Shown here: positions 31,973 to 41,424 of the stretch, piece by piece
Layout: every line of letters begins with the position of its first letter
Position numbering within the stretch: the first letter of the stretch is position 1
Assembly (NCBI GenBank): GCA_964461315.1
Contig: CAYWUN010000005.1
Coordinates: 1,651 to 65,650 of the forward strand
Direction: 5' to 3'
Source: an uncultured Aestuarium sp.
Lineage (GTDB): Bacteria > Pseudomonadota > Alphaproteobacteria > Rhodobacterales > Rhodobacteraceae
DNA length: 64,000 nucleotides
Notes under the pieces: model-generated
Told to the model about the DNA's origin: nothing
The model's input: the letters and a program-made list of their open reading frames with translations, nothing else
Database searches by the model: none
Program-made: the position numbers and the translations under genes

Positions 31973-32008
31973 AAAGGGTGAGCTGCAAAGCTCACCCTTT
32001 CTTTTTTT
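31973..32008 (+). terminator. Rho-independent terminator of phaP
   Basis: AAAGGGTGAGCT-GCAA-AGCTCACCCTTT then CTTTTTTT. Confidence 0.9.
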
Positions 32009-32059
32009 GCTAAGGCAGCATAGGCTTTCTGCATTGCCGCACAGTTTCGGGAGGACCCA

Positions 32060-32614
32060 GTGGCCGAAAAAGATAAACCGCTTCTCATCAAGCGATACGC
32101 GAGCCGTCGTCTCTATAATACAGAGACCAGCGATTATGTGACACTCGAAGACATCGCGAGCTTTATTCGCGAAGGCCGCGAAGTGCAGATCGTTGATTTG
32201 AAATCGGGCGATGACTTGACGCGCCAATACCTCCTTCAAATCATTGCAGAACATGAAAGCCGCGGCGAAAGCGTTCTGCCCGTAGATGTTCTGACCGATC
32301 TTGTGCGGTCTTACACGTCGCAAGCGTCTTCTGTTGTGCCTCAGTTCCTTGCTGCGTCTTTTGAAATGCTACGAGATGGTCAGTCCAAGATGATGGAAAA
32401 CATGGCCAAAGCGAGCCCAATGGCGAAGATGCCAGGCTTTGAGGCGATGCAAGCGCAGCAAGCGGCCTTCTTCAAAGCCATGACAGGCGGAATGGGCAAT
32501 TTTATGGGCTCGTCGGGCCCTGAGCCGGAAGAAGACTCCAAAGGTGACGATCTTGATGTCATCAAGAAGCAACTCGCTGACCTTCAGACCAAACTATCAA
32601 AGATGGGCAAGTAA
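32060..32614 (+). CDS. phaR: PHA synthesis repressor
   Basis: IKRYASRRLYNTETSDYVTL, D.KSGDDLTR..L.QII.E.E. Confidence 0.95.
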   Translation: MAEKDKPLLIKRYASRRLYNTETSDYVTLEDIASFIREGREVQIVDLKSGDDLTRQYLLQIIAEHESRGESVLPVDVLTDLVRSYTSQASSVVPQFLAASFEMLRDGQSKMMENMAKASPMAKMPGFEAMQAQQAAFFKAMTGGMGNFMGSSGPEPEEDSKGDDLDVIKKQLADLQTKLSKMGK

Positions 32615-32619
32615 AAGCA

Positions 32620-33930
32620 TCAGAGGCCAATCCGGTCTCTGAGCGTCGCCCAGCTCATCGCGAGTGATAATAACGCAGCTCTTGCCATTTGACCTCTGGG
32701 GAGGGGGACAGTTGGCAAGAGTGCCAAAGTGTCAAACCTTTGAGCCTGTCCTGCGACGGCTTCGGCCATCACCTTTCCTGCAAGACCCGACAATGCGACT
32801 CCTTGGCCTGAGAACCCCCCAGCGGCCACGATATTTGGTGCAACGCGCAGCACAGCGGGAAGTCGGGTGAATGTTACGCCAAGCGTGCCACCCCAAACAT
32901 ATTCAAAAGGCACTTCTGCGATTTGTGGGAACATCAAAGCCATGCGATTGTGCAACTTCGTGCCCATGTCTTTGGGAAATTTCACAGAGTAGTTGGCACG
33001 CCCCCCAAACAGAAGTCGCCCGTCTTCTGAGAGACGGAAATAATTGACGACATTGCTATCGTCGTAGACGGCAATATCGCGCGAAATCACCTCTTTTGCT
33101 TGGTCGCTAAGAGGGGCAGTCGCACCGATAAAGCTGTTCACCGTCATCACGCGCGACGCATATTTCTTCTCAATTTGCGGCAGGTAGCCGTTCCCAGCAA
33201 GGATTAGGTGATCCGCCTCGACATAGCCCTGAGCCGTTTGAACGCGGACAGTCTTGCCTTGCTCGATATGATGAACCTCGGAGCGGTCAAAAAGCCGTGC
33301 TCCCGCAACAACTGCTTCGGCCGCAAGGCCAAGGGCATAGCGCAGTGGGTGGATGTGCCCTGCGCCGTGATCTAGCGTACCGCCGCAATACAGGTCTGTC
33401 TTTACGATGTCCCGAAAATCAGATGGCGAAAGGATTTCGGTCTGGTTGTAATCGTAGTACTTGGCCAGATGTTCGGTCTCGTGCTTGAGGTGGTCGAACT
33501 CTGATGTGCTTTGGACACCATGGGAAATCCCAGGCTTATAGAGGGCGTCGGGGCAAAAACGCTCTACGCTGTGACGGACTAGCGCCTTGCTTTCCTCACA
33601 TAGATCCCATAGCAAGCGTGCTTCAGCCTTACCGACATGCTTTTCAAGCCAAATTGGGCCTTTATTGTGACCGCTACCAACCTGTCCGCCGTTGCGCCCC
33701 GATGCGCCCCAACCTGCACGATGCGCCTCAAGGACGATCACCGAAAGGCCGCGTTCACGCAACGTCAGCGCAGCATGCAAGCCCGTATACCCCGCACCAA
33801 TGATGCAAACGTCTGCCTTATGCGACCCTTTAAGTCTGGGGCGCTCAGGTGGGATCGTCGCGGTCGCGGCGTACCAGCTGGTCGGGAACTGGGCTTCTTT
33901 GTCGTTCAGGTGAAGAGCCGAAGCGATCAT
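32620..33930 (-). CDS. FAD-dependent oxidoreductase (gamma-glutamylputrescine oxidase PuuB-like)
   Basis: IIGAGYTG, GASGRNGGQ, HIHPL, GFSGQGV; ATGA overlap with the upstream GS-like gene. Confidence 0.85.
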   Translation of the reverse strand: MIASALHLNDKEAQFPTSWYAATATIPPERPRLKGSHKADVCIIGAGYTGLHAALTLRERGLSVIVLEAHRAGWGASGRNGGQVGSGHNKGPIWLEKHVGKAEARLLWDLCEESKALVRHSVERFCPDALYKPGISHGVQSTSEFDHLKHETEHLAKYYDYNQTEILSPSDFRDIVKTDLYCGGTLDHGAGHIHPLRYALGLAAEAVVAGARLFDRSEVHHIEQGKTVRVQTAQGYVEADHLILAGNGYLPQIEKKYASRVMTVNSFIGATAPLSDQAKEVISRDIAVYDDSNVVNYFRLSEDGRLLFGGRANYSVKFPKDMGTKLHNRMALMFPQIAEVPFEYVWGGTLGVTFTRLPAVLRVAPNIVAAGGFSGQGVALSGLAGKVMAEAVAGQAQRFDTLALLPTVPLPRGQMARAALLSLAMSWATLRDRIGL

Positions 33931-35285
33931 ACGTTCAACAAAAGGTGCTCGCGTTCCCAAGGGCTGATCACCTGAAGGAACTCTTCGTATTCATTGCGTT
34001 TGACGATCGAATAGACGCGCGCAAACTCGGGGCCCAATACCTCGTGTAGCTTGGTTGCCTCTTCAAAGAGATCAAGCGCATCGCCCATGACGCGGGGAAT
34101 ATCTTCCTCGCCTTCATAAGCGTCGCCCTTGAACGAAGGGCCCGCGCGCTTTTCTTCCATAAGGCCGAGATACCCGCAGGCGAGCGATGCTGCGATCCCG
34201 AGGTAGGGGTTGCAGTCCATCCCTGCGAGACGGTTTTCAACGCGACGCGAAGAGGGTCCAGAGAGCGGGATGCGAATACCGGTGGTGCGGTTATCGCGAC
34301 CCCACATCAGGTTGATTGGCGCTGCATGGTCCCGCACATAGCGGCGATAGCTGTTCACATAAGGCGCAAGCACTGCAATCGCGCTCGGCAGGTGCCGTTG
34401 AAGGCCTCCTATGAAGTGGAAGAATGCATCTGTCTCTCCGCCCTGCGGACCAGAGAAGATATTGGAGCCGTCTTCCATATTGATGACCGAATGGTGGATA
34501 TGCATCGCACTGCCTGGCTCATCGGCTATGGGTTTGGCCATAAAGGTCGCAAAACAGTTGTGACGCATCGCCGCTTCGCGGATCAGGCGTTTGAAGAAGA
34601 ACACCTCATCAGCAAGCTTGACGGGATCGCCGTGACGCAGGTTGATCTCAAGTTGACCTGCGCCGCCTTCTTGGGTGATGCCGTCGATCTCGAAACCTTG
34701 CGCTTCGGCAAAGTCGTAGATGTCGTCGATCACGGGGCCGAATTCGTCCACTGCCGTCATCGAATAGGCCTGACGTGCAGCAGCCGGACGCCCTGAGCGA
34801 CCCATCATCGGTTCGATGTTCTTGGCGGGATCGAGATTGCGGGCGACGAGATAGAATTCCATCTCAGGGGCAACAACGGGTTCCCAGCCTTGCTTGTGAT
34901 AAAGGTCTACAACGCGCTTGAGAACATTGCGCGGCGAATACTCGATTGCGCGGCCCTTACGATCATAGGCGTCATGGATCACCTGGAGCGTCAGGTCGCC
35001 GGTCCAAGGTGCAGCTGTTGCTGTGTCCATGTCCGGACGCAGGATCATGTCCCTCTCGATAAAGCCTTCGTCGCCTGCGGCGTCGCCCCATTCCCCTGTG
35101 ATCGTTTGATAAAATATACTGTCGGGGAGATGGAAATACTCTTGTCTTGCGAATTTGGTCGCTGGAACCGCTTTGCCGCGGGCGATGCCGGGAAGGTCCG
35201 AAACGATACATTCGACTTCATCCAGTCGCCGTCCGGCCAGATAGTCTTTGGCCGCTTCGGGGAGGTTTTCAGTCCAGTCGCTCAT
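33927..35285 (-). CDS. Glutamine synthetase-like gamma-glutamyl-amine ligase (PuuA/PauA-like)
   Basis: GIARGK, PEMEFY, E.GAGQLEIN, FMAKP, GS.MHIH, NSYRR, DNRT, ENRLAG. Confidence 0.88.
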   Translation of the reverse strand: MSDWTENLPEAAKDYLAGRRLDEVECIVSDLPGIARGKAVPATKFARQEYFHLPDSIFYQTITGEWGDAAGDEGFIERDMILRPDMDTATAAPWTGDLTLQVIHDAYDRKGRAIEYSPRNVLKRVVDLYHKQGWEPVVAPEMEFYLVARNLDPAKNIEPMMGRSGRPAAARQAYSMTAVDEFGPVIDDIYDFAEAQGFEIDGITQEGGAGQLEINLRHGDPVKLADEVFFFKRLIREAAMRHNCFATFMAKPIADEPGSAMHIHHSVINMEDGSNIFSGPQGGETDAFFHFIGGLQRHLPSAIAVLAPYVNSYRRYVRDHAAPINLMWGRDNRTTGIRIPLSGPSSRRVENRLAGMDCNPYLGIAASLACGYLGLMEEKRAGPSFKGDAYEGEEDIPRVMGDALDLFEEATKLHEVLGPEFARVYSIVKRNEYEEFLQVISPWEREHLLLNV

Positions 35286-35967
35286 GTGAAGTTGCTTTCG
35301 TCTTAAAAAAGTCTGTGATCCGACGCGCAAGTACGTCGTTGTCGGTGGGTTTGCCGAGGTTATTCATCGCGTTTTCGAGGAGCGCATCGGGCACCACGCC
35401 CGGACCGCGCGAGGTCGCGAGCCCCTCAACGAAATTCGATCTGAATTCAGGGTGGGCCTGAACGGTAAAAATACGATCGTCGTAAACAAGCGCTGCGTTT
35501 TCACACATGTCATTGCATGCAACTACGCTTGCACCGCTGGGACGCTCGACGACTTGATCTTGGTGCCATGCGTTCAGCGATAGAGTTTGGCCTTCGAACT
35601 GATATGTTTGGCGCCCAACGACCCAGCCGCCCTTGAATTTTTCAACCTTGCCGCCGAGTGCTTGCGCGATGATCTGGTGACCAAAGCAAACGCCGACCAT
35701 AGGGACATGGGCCGCATATGCAGAGCGAATAAAGTCTTCGAGCGGCGGAATGAAGGCGTGGTCTTCATATGCACCATGGCGCGAGCCCGTAAGGAGCCAT
35801 CCATCGCAGTCGTTTACAGTGCTTGGAAACTCCATATCGACAACGTTAAAGGTTTCAAATTCGAAACCTCCTTCTCCGAGGAGCTTGTGAAAAAGATGCT
35901 CGTAATCACCGAGAGTGTTGCGGAGCGTATCGGGGGAGTGTCCTGTTTGCAGGATACCGATTTTCAT
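35269..35967 (-). CDS. Type 1 glutamine amidotransferase-like protein
   Basis: TGS, GVCFGHQ, WHQDQV, QAHPEF catalytic triad. Confidence 0.9.
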   Translation of the reverse strand: MKIGILQTGHSPDTLRNTLGDYEHLFHKLLGEGGFEFETFNVVDMEFPSTVNDCDGWLLTGSRHGAYEDHAFIPPLEDFIRSAYAAHVPMVGVCFGHQIIAQALGGKVEKFKGGWVVGRQTYQFEGQTLSLNAWHQDQVVERPSGASVVACNDMCENAALVYDDRIFTVQAHPEFRSNFVEGLATSRGPGVVPDALLENAMNNLGKPTDNDVLARRITDFFKTKATSHERLD

Positions 35968-36028
35968 GTGTCACCTAGAGGGTTGATAGCGCCAAGGTAA
36001 TCTCGCTGCGGTCTCGCAGCAAGACCAC

Positions 36029-37363
36029 TCAGACCGTATCGAGATAAAGTTCCAATTGTTCTTCGGTCGTAAGTTCCGAAAGATAATGGAGCTCTTGTTG
36101 TTTGGTCATGACAAGGTTGGCAATCAAATTCTCTGAGAAAATACGGCGCGCAAGCTTGCTGTGTTCAAATGTGTGAATGGAATCCGCCCAAGTGTCAGGG
36201 ATTTGGTCGATCTCCTGCTCATAGGCATTACCCGAAATGGGTGGGGGCGGGGTCAATTTGTCTTCGATCCCGATGAGCGCAGAGCCCAAAACCGCTGCAA
36301 GAAAGAGGTAGGGGTTTACATCGCCGCCTGCCACACGGTGCTCAATACGGCGCGCCTTGAGGCTTCCACCAGGGACGCGGACCGAGGCGGTTCTATTGTC
36401 ATAAGCCCAGCAGATACCAGTTGGGGCGTGGCTCTCAGGAACAAGGCGCTCGTAAGAGTTGCCGTGCGGTGCAAAGATAAGCGCAAGGTCCTTGATCCCC
36501 TTGAGGCATCCAGCAATCGCTTGCTGCAACAGGGGCGAGCCTTCGTATGTTCCATTGGCAAAGACGTTGTTGCCGTCTTTGTCATTGACCGAGAAATGAA
36601 CATGCATCCCGTTGCCCGCGTACTCTTCATAGGGTTTTGCCATGAAGGACGCGGCCATACCGTGTTTGCGTGCAAGTCCGCGGACGAGCATTTTGAAGAG
36701 ATAGGCATCATCGGCGGCTTTGAGCGCGTCATCGACGTGCATCAAGTTGATCTCAAACTGTCCAAGACCGACCTCGGATGTGGCCGCATCCGTCGGAATG
36801 TCCATCGCTTCACAGGCGTCGTAGAGCTCGTTGAAGAAGAGATCAAAGCTGTCGAGTGCACGCAGCGAAAGTATCTCTGCACCCGGGCGGCGCTTGCCCG
36901 AACGAGGGCTTTTGGGTTGGCGGATTTCTTTGCCACTGTCATCAACGAGATAGAACTCCATCTCAGACGCAACAACGGGCGTTAGGCCAAGAGCCTTGTA
37001 TCGGTCCAATACAGCAGCAAGGGCGTGACGCGGATCACCGTCATAAGGTTTGCCATCCTCGGTAAACATCCAAAGCGGCAAAAGAGCCGCTGGCGTCGAG
37101 AGCCAAGGCATCGGAATAAAACCGCGTTCCGTGGGCAATAATATGCCGTCAGGGTCGCCGATTTCGAAAACGAGCGGACTATCCTCTACGTCTTCGCCCC
37201 ATACATCAAGGTTCATCACCGAGAGGGGAAAGCGCATGCCATCAGATAGAATTTTGTCGATAAACCTGACCGGAACGCGTTTACCGCGAGCAATCCCGTT
37301 CAAATCAGAAGCGCCGCAGCGGATGCTGCGAACCTCAGGCCGCTCCAAAAGCCAGTTTTTCAT
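36029..37363 (-). CDS. Second glutamine synthetase-like gamma-glutamyl ligase
   Basis: DLNGIARGK, EMEFY, GQFEINL, FMAKP, GNGMHVH, DNRT, EHRVAG.D.NPY. Confidence 0.88.
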   Translation of the reverse strand: MKNWLLERPEVRSIRCGASDLNGIARGKRVPVRFIDKILSDGMRFPLSVMNLDVWGEDVEDSPLVFEIGDPDGILLPTERGFIPMPWLSTPAALLPLWMFTEDGKPYDGDPRHALAAVLDRYKALGLTPVVASEMEFYLVDDSGKEIRQPKSPRSGKRRPGAEILSLRALDSFDLFFNELYDACEAMDIPTDAATSEVGLGQFEINLMHVDDALKAADDAYLFKMLVRGLARKHGMAASFMAKPYEEYAGNGMHVHFSVNDKDGNNVFANGTYEGSPLLQQAIAGCLKGIKDLALIFAPHGNSYERLVPESHAPTGICWAYDNRTASVRVPGGSLKARRIEHRVAGGDVNPYLFLAAVLGSALIGIEDKLTPPPPISGNAYEQEIDQIPDTWADSIHTFEHSKLARRIFSENLIANLVMTKQQELHYLSELTTEEQLELYLDTV

Positions 37364-37514
37364 GTCACACCTGTAGGGCTAGGCAGACACCAATCAATTC
37401 GAGCGCCCAATGCGCAAGATGAGTGGTCCATGCCCTTGGCCCAGAATTCCTTTCAGATCAAAAGCAAATGTGGGATGTAGCAGTCCCCGAAAATTTGATC
37501 ATATTAAATTGATA

Positions 37515-38321
37515 CTACCTGATCAGTTTTAGACGCAAGCGAATTTTGCTTCTCTGACTCTGCGGCAGGTGGCGATTGAGACGCGTGTTCACAATGCCGA
37601 ACAATCCAATGACAATCAGCGTCAAAAGGATGAAATAACATGCAAGAATTGGATATGGGACGAATGGGTTAAACGTCTTGTCCGCAAAATAATTCGCGTA
37701 ATATAGCGCGTCACCTTTCTGTTGGCTTGCAGGGAAGCCTGAGAAAAACACCAGTGTTGTCGCATGGAATAAGAAGATCGCTTCGTTGGTGTATGCCGGC
37801 CACGCAAGGCGGAGCATCGTCGGCCAGATGACACGCCGAAATCGTGACCAACCCGACATTCCATAAGCATCTGCGGCTTCTACGTCACCTTTGGGAATGG
37901 ACTGGAGTGCACCATAGAAAATCTCGCCCGTGTAGGCCGAGGTGTTCAGGAACAGCACGATTAGAGCACCCAAAGTTGCCGATGTCAGCGGGGATAGGAA
38001 CGGGACCACGCCCTTGAGCGAAAGGAATAGGAAGTAAGCAAAGAAAAACTGGATAAAGAGCGGCGAGCCACGGAAAACAAAGATAAACCACTCCGAAGGC
38101 TTGCGAAGCCAAGGCGAGCCCGAGGCTTTACCAAGTGCAACTGCTGTGGCTAGGAAAAAACCCGAGATGATCGCTAGAACGCCAAAGTAAATGTTCCAGA
38201 TCATGCCCGAGCCGATCAAGACGACTTGCTGACAGACGCTGAAGTCTGATTTCGGCAAGAGACGTTCACCAATCCCCAATGATCGCAGGCCATAGTCGGC
38301 GATGATATCCCAGCAACTCAT
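37515..38321 (-). CDS. Polar amino-acid ABC permease (HisM-like)
   Basis: FRGSPL.IQ, SAY.GEI, EAA loop (VEAADAYGM). Confidence 0.9.
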   Translation of the reverse strand: MSCWDIIADYGLRSLGIGERLLPKSDFSVCQQVVLIGSGMIWNIYFGVLAIISGFFLATAVALGKASGSPWLRKPSEWFIFVFRGSPLFIQFFFAYFLFLSLKGVVPFLSPLTSATLGALIVLFLNTSAYTGEIFYGALQSIPKGDVEAADAYGMSGWSRFRRVIWPTMLRLAWPAYTNEAIFLFHATTLVFFSGFPASQQKGDALYYANYFADKTFNPFVPYPILACYFILLTLIVIGLFGIVNTRLNRHLPQSQRSKIRLRLKLIR

Positions 38322-39199
38322 GCAGCTTTCCTTTGTGCTTCACCTGCCGTGGTGGCTTGGCCGTGAGCAAGGCGCTTCATCAGTTTTTCAAAGAAAACTT
38401 CTGAGATGCGAGTGAAGAGAAGGTAAAAGACCAAAAGGCCAAGGAAGTACCACATCTGCCAATTACCATGTGGGTAGTCCGTAAAGCGCGGGGTCTTGGT
38501 TCCGCCAAGCTCGCGCGCCCAATAGACGATGTCCTCAACGCCTAAGAGGAACAAAAGTGGTGTAGATTTGATCAGCACCATCCAAAGGTTGGATAGGCCG
38601 GGGAGCGCATAGACCCACATCTGCGGCACAAGAATGCGCCAGAACGCTTGGCGCTGCGTCATACCATAGGCAAGTGCAGTTTCAATTTGACCGTGAGGCA
38701 CGGCACGCATCGCACCGAAGAGGACGTTGGCGGCGAAAGCACCAAAAACGATGGCAAAAGTGATAACTGCGAGTGAGAAGCCATAAACTTCGTGGATCCA
38801 TTGCGGCGCATTTGAGAGCGGTAGTTTTGCGGCAGCACAGACGATAAAGTCGTTGCCTTGGCGGATAGGCTGATCCCAGTCGGGGCACTTCACCTGATGG
38901 CGCAGCCACTCGAACCCTTGGTCCAAAGCAATCACAAAAAAGAGGAAAAAGGCGATATCAGGGACGCCGCGCACGATTGCGATGTACGACTTGCCCAAGA
39001 GCCTGAGCGGTGTGAACCCACTACGCGCTGCGCTGGCGCCGCCAAATCCAAGAGCGAGGGCGACGGGCGCGGTAATCGCTAAGAGTAAGAGAACAGTCCC
39101 AAATGACCAATAAAGAGACATATGCTTGCCTGTTGTAAGATAGCAAGCAAACCATTTCGCCGTTTCAAGTGACGATGGATCTACGCAAAAGTCAAAAAT
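38318..39199 (-). CDS. Polar amino-acid ABC permease (HisQ-like); start uncertain
   Basis: VRGVPD, GQIETA.AYGM, PQMW..ALPGL.N.W. The track start at 39235 lies inside a hairpin. Confidence 0.85.
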   Translation of the reverse strand: MFDFCVDPSSLETAKWFACYLTTGKHMSLYWSFGTVLLLLAITAPVALALGFGGASAARSGFTPLRLLGKSYIAIVRGVPDIAFFLFFVIALDQGFEWLRHQVKCPDWDQPIRQGNDFIVCAAAKLPLSNAPQWIHEVYGFSLAVITFAIVFGAFAANVLFGAMRAVPHGQIETALAYGMTQRQAFWRILVPQMWVYALPGLSNLWMVLIKSTPLLFLLGVEDIVYWARELGGTKTPRFTDYPHGNWQMWYFLGLLVFYLLFTRISEVFFEKLMKRLAHGQATTAGEAQRKAA

Positions 39200-39220
39200 G
39201 GGATTAATCCAATATGAAAG

Positions 39221-39244
39221 GGGCGGCAGGGTCACCCGCCGCCC
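39221..39244 (-). other. Intercistronic hairpin after the binding-protein gene
   Basis: GGGCGGCGGG-TGA-CCCTGCCGCCC on the minus strand followed by CTTTC. Confidence 0.65.
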
Positions 39245-39253
39245 TGAGAAACC

Positions 39254-39979
39254 TTAGAAGGTTGCCGAACCCGGCAGCCACTCTTCGATCAGCTTGTTGA
39301 GCGAACCGTCAGCCTTCATCGACTGGATTGCCGCGTCGAATTTTGCCTTCAGCTCGCCGTCGCTCTCACGAAGGCCAAGGCCAACGCCGCCACCGATGAG
39401 AACATCGTCACCAACGAGCGAAAGCTCTGCATCTTCGTCAGCGATCGGAAGAAGGTAAGCTTTGTCAGCAAGAACCGCATCTGCTTCACCGTTCTTGACC
39501 GCAGCTACGGTCTCTTCCGGCGTTGCGAACTCGAGGAGGGTTGCGCCAGACGCTGCAACGTAAGCTGCCTGAATGGTGCCCGACTGAGCAGCGATCACGC
39601 CGCCAGCAAGGTCAACGCCGTCAGACATCGCTACAAACGCAGAGGGGTCCGGCTGGGTATAGGGATCGGAGAAGTCGATGACCTGATCACGCTCTTCGGT
39701 GATCGACATACCAGCGATGATGACATCGTAGTTGCCCGATACGAGGTTCGGAATGATCGAGTCCCAATCGTTTGTGACCCACTCACAGGTCAGTTCTGCG
39801 CGAGCACAAAGCTCGTCGCCCAGAACGCGCTCAAAACCGTCCACCTCACCTTTATCGTTGAGGAAGTTGTACGGAGGGTAGGCGCCCTCGGTGCCCAGAC
39901 GGACGACAGAGTGGCTTTCTGCAAATGCTGCGCCAGCGGTGAGCGCAAAGAGAGCAGTCGTCAAAATCAGTTTTTTCAT
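39254..39979 (-). CDS. Polar amino-acid ABC substrate-binding protein (SBP_bac_3)
   Basis: Signal peptide; GTEGAYPPYN, WDSIIP.L, AGMSITEER. Confidence 0.92.
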   Translation of the reverse strand: MKKLILTTALFALTAGAAFAESHSVVRLGTEGAYPPYNFLNDKGEVDGFERVLGDELCARAELTCEWVTNDWDSIIPNLVSGNYDVIIAGMSITEERDQVIDFSDPYTQPDPSAFVAMSDGVDLAGGVIAAQSGTIQAAYVAASGATLLEFATPEETVAAVKNGEADAVLADKAYLLPIADEDAELSLVGDDVLIGGGVGLGLRESDGELKAKFDAAIQSMKADGSLNKLIEEWLPGSATF

Positions 39980-40001
39980 TGGATTTCTCCTGTTGGTTTT
40001 T

Positions 40002-40778
40002 TCAAGCTGTCACAGTCGCGGATAGAAACTGCTTGAGCCGTTCGGTCTTTGGGGTGCCAAAGAGGGTAGCGGGATCGCCTTCCTCTTCAATCCTTCCTTG
40101 ATGAAGAAATACGACATGGTCGCTTACATCTGCGGCCATACGCATGTCGTGGGTCACGATGATCATCGTGCGGCCTTCATTTGCGAGGTCTTTGATGACC
40201 TTGACAACCTCTTGCTCAAGTTCCGGATCAAGCGCCGAGGTAGGTTCGTCAAATAGAATAGCTTGGGGCTCCATGCAAAGCGCACGAGCAATGGCGGCAC
40301 GCTGCTGCTGTCCTCCAGAAAGCTGCGCTGGGTAAACATCACATTTGTCTCCGATGCCGACTTTCTCCAGATATGCGCGGGCCGAAGCCTCGACTTCAGC
40401 TTTCCCGCGTCCCAACACGGTTACAGGTGCTTCCATCACATTTTCCAAGATCGTCATGTGCGACCAAAGGTTAAACTGTTGGAATACCATAGAGAGGTTG
40501 GTGCGGATGCGTTTAATCTGCGCTGGGTCTGCGGGGCGGCGATTAAGGTGCTCGCCTTTCCAACGCACCGGCTCGCCTGCAAAGATAACTTCGCCGCGTT
40601 GGCTATCTTCCAAGAGATTGCAGCACCGAAGCAGAGTTGATTTACCCGATCCAGAAGATCCGATGAGCGATACGACATGGCCGCGCGGAGCGACGATATC
40701 GACGCCCTTCAGCACTTCAAGACTACCGTAAGCCTTGTGAAGATTGCGGATCTCGATCACGGGTGTCAGAGAGGTCAC
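40002..40778 (-). CDS. Polar amino-acid ABC ATP-binding protein (HisP-like)
   Basis: GSSGSGKST, MVFQQFNLWSH, LSGGQQQR, DEPTSALDPE. Confidence 0.93.
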   Translation of the reverse strand: MTSLTPVIEIRNLHKAYGSLEVLKGVDIVAPRGHVVSLIGSSGSGKSTLLRCCNLLEDSQRGEVIFAGEPVRWKGEHLNRRPADPAQIKRIRTNLSMVFQQFNLWSHMTILENVMEAPVTVLGRGKAEVEASARAYLEKVGIGDKCDVYPAQLSGGQQQRAAIARALCMEPQAILFDEPTSALDPELEQEVVKVIKDLANEGRTMIIVTHDMRMAADVSDHVVFLHQGRIEEEGDPATLFGTPKTERLKQFLSATVTA

Positions 40779-40945
40779 TGCAACTTAGTCCTTTGAATTT
40801 TGACCAATTAGGAAAAGAATTTGGACGAATTTGCAATGTTTTTGTAACGTGACGCAGCGGAGAAACGCCGCTTTTGATCATTTTATCGGCATTTTATGCC
40901 CAAGATTTTCTCAAAGCTTATGAGGCGATTTCTTTGGCGATAGCC

Positions 40946-41383
40946 CTATTGTCCGCTTGCAACCTCAAGTCGAAGGGCGTGGCTTTCTTGATCCGTCAAG
41001 CCAAGCATCGGGGCGACCATCCGCATCAAAGCGTCTTCGCCAGAATCACGGTGCCCATCCGCCAATACCACGCGCCAAAGCGCCTTAACCAAGCCGGAAC
41101 GCGCCTCATAAGCGACGCTGTCTTTAAGCGCCCGCGTGAACCGCACGGTGTCAGGGGCCTCAGATTCCAGCACTTCGCATTCGGCGCGCAAGGAAGCGGC
41201 TTCTGTGGCGCTTAGGCCAAACTCTTCGGCAAGCACTTGATCGATAAGACGTTTTTCTTCGGGCGCATATTCCTCGTCAGTGCGCGCTATCCGAACAAGC
41301 AAGGCACCAAGCGCCCGCTTGGTATCAAGCGTATCAAGAGTAGATGCGGGGGCGGTCAAACGCCTAATCAGATCTGAGAACAT
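40946..41383 (-). CDS. TerB family protein
   Basis: ALLVRIAR.D..Y..EE, LW.VVLADG.R..E. Confidence 0.82.
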   Translation of the reverse strand: MFSDLIRRLTAPASTLDTLDTKRALGALLVRIARTDEEYAPEEKRLIDQVLAEEFGLSATEAASLRAECEVLESEAPDTVRFTRALKDSVAYEARSGLVKALWRVVLADGHRDSGEDALMRMVAPMLGLTDQESHALRLEVASGQ

Positions 41384-41424
41384 GTTATTACGATAGGCAT
41401 TGTGCGATGTCTTGCCTAGCGGCC

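Noticed and set aside
40946-41383. TerB as part of a ter or defence island
   Set aside because: Single gene among housekeeping genes; no other ter or defence genes in the window.
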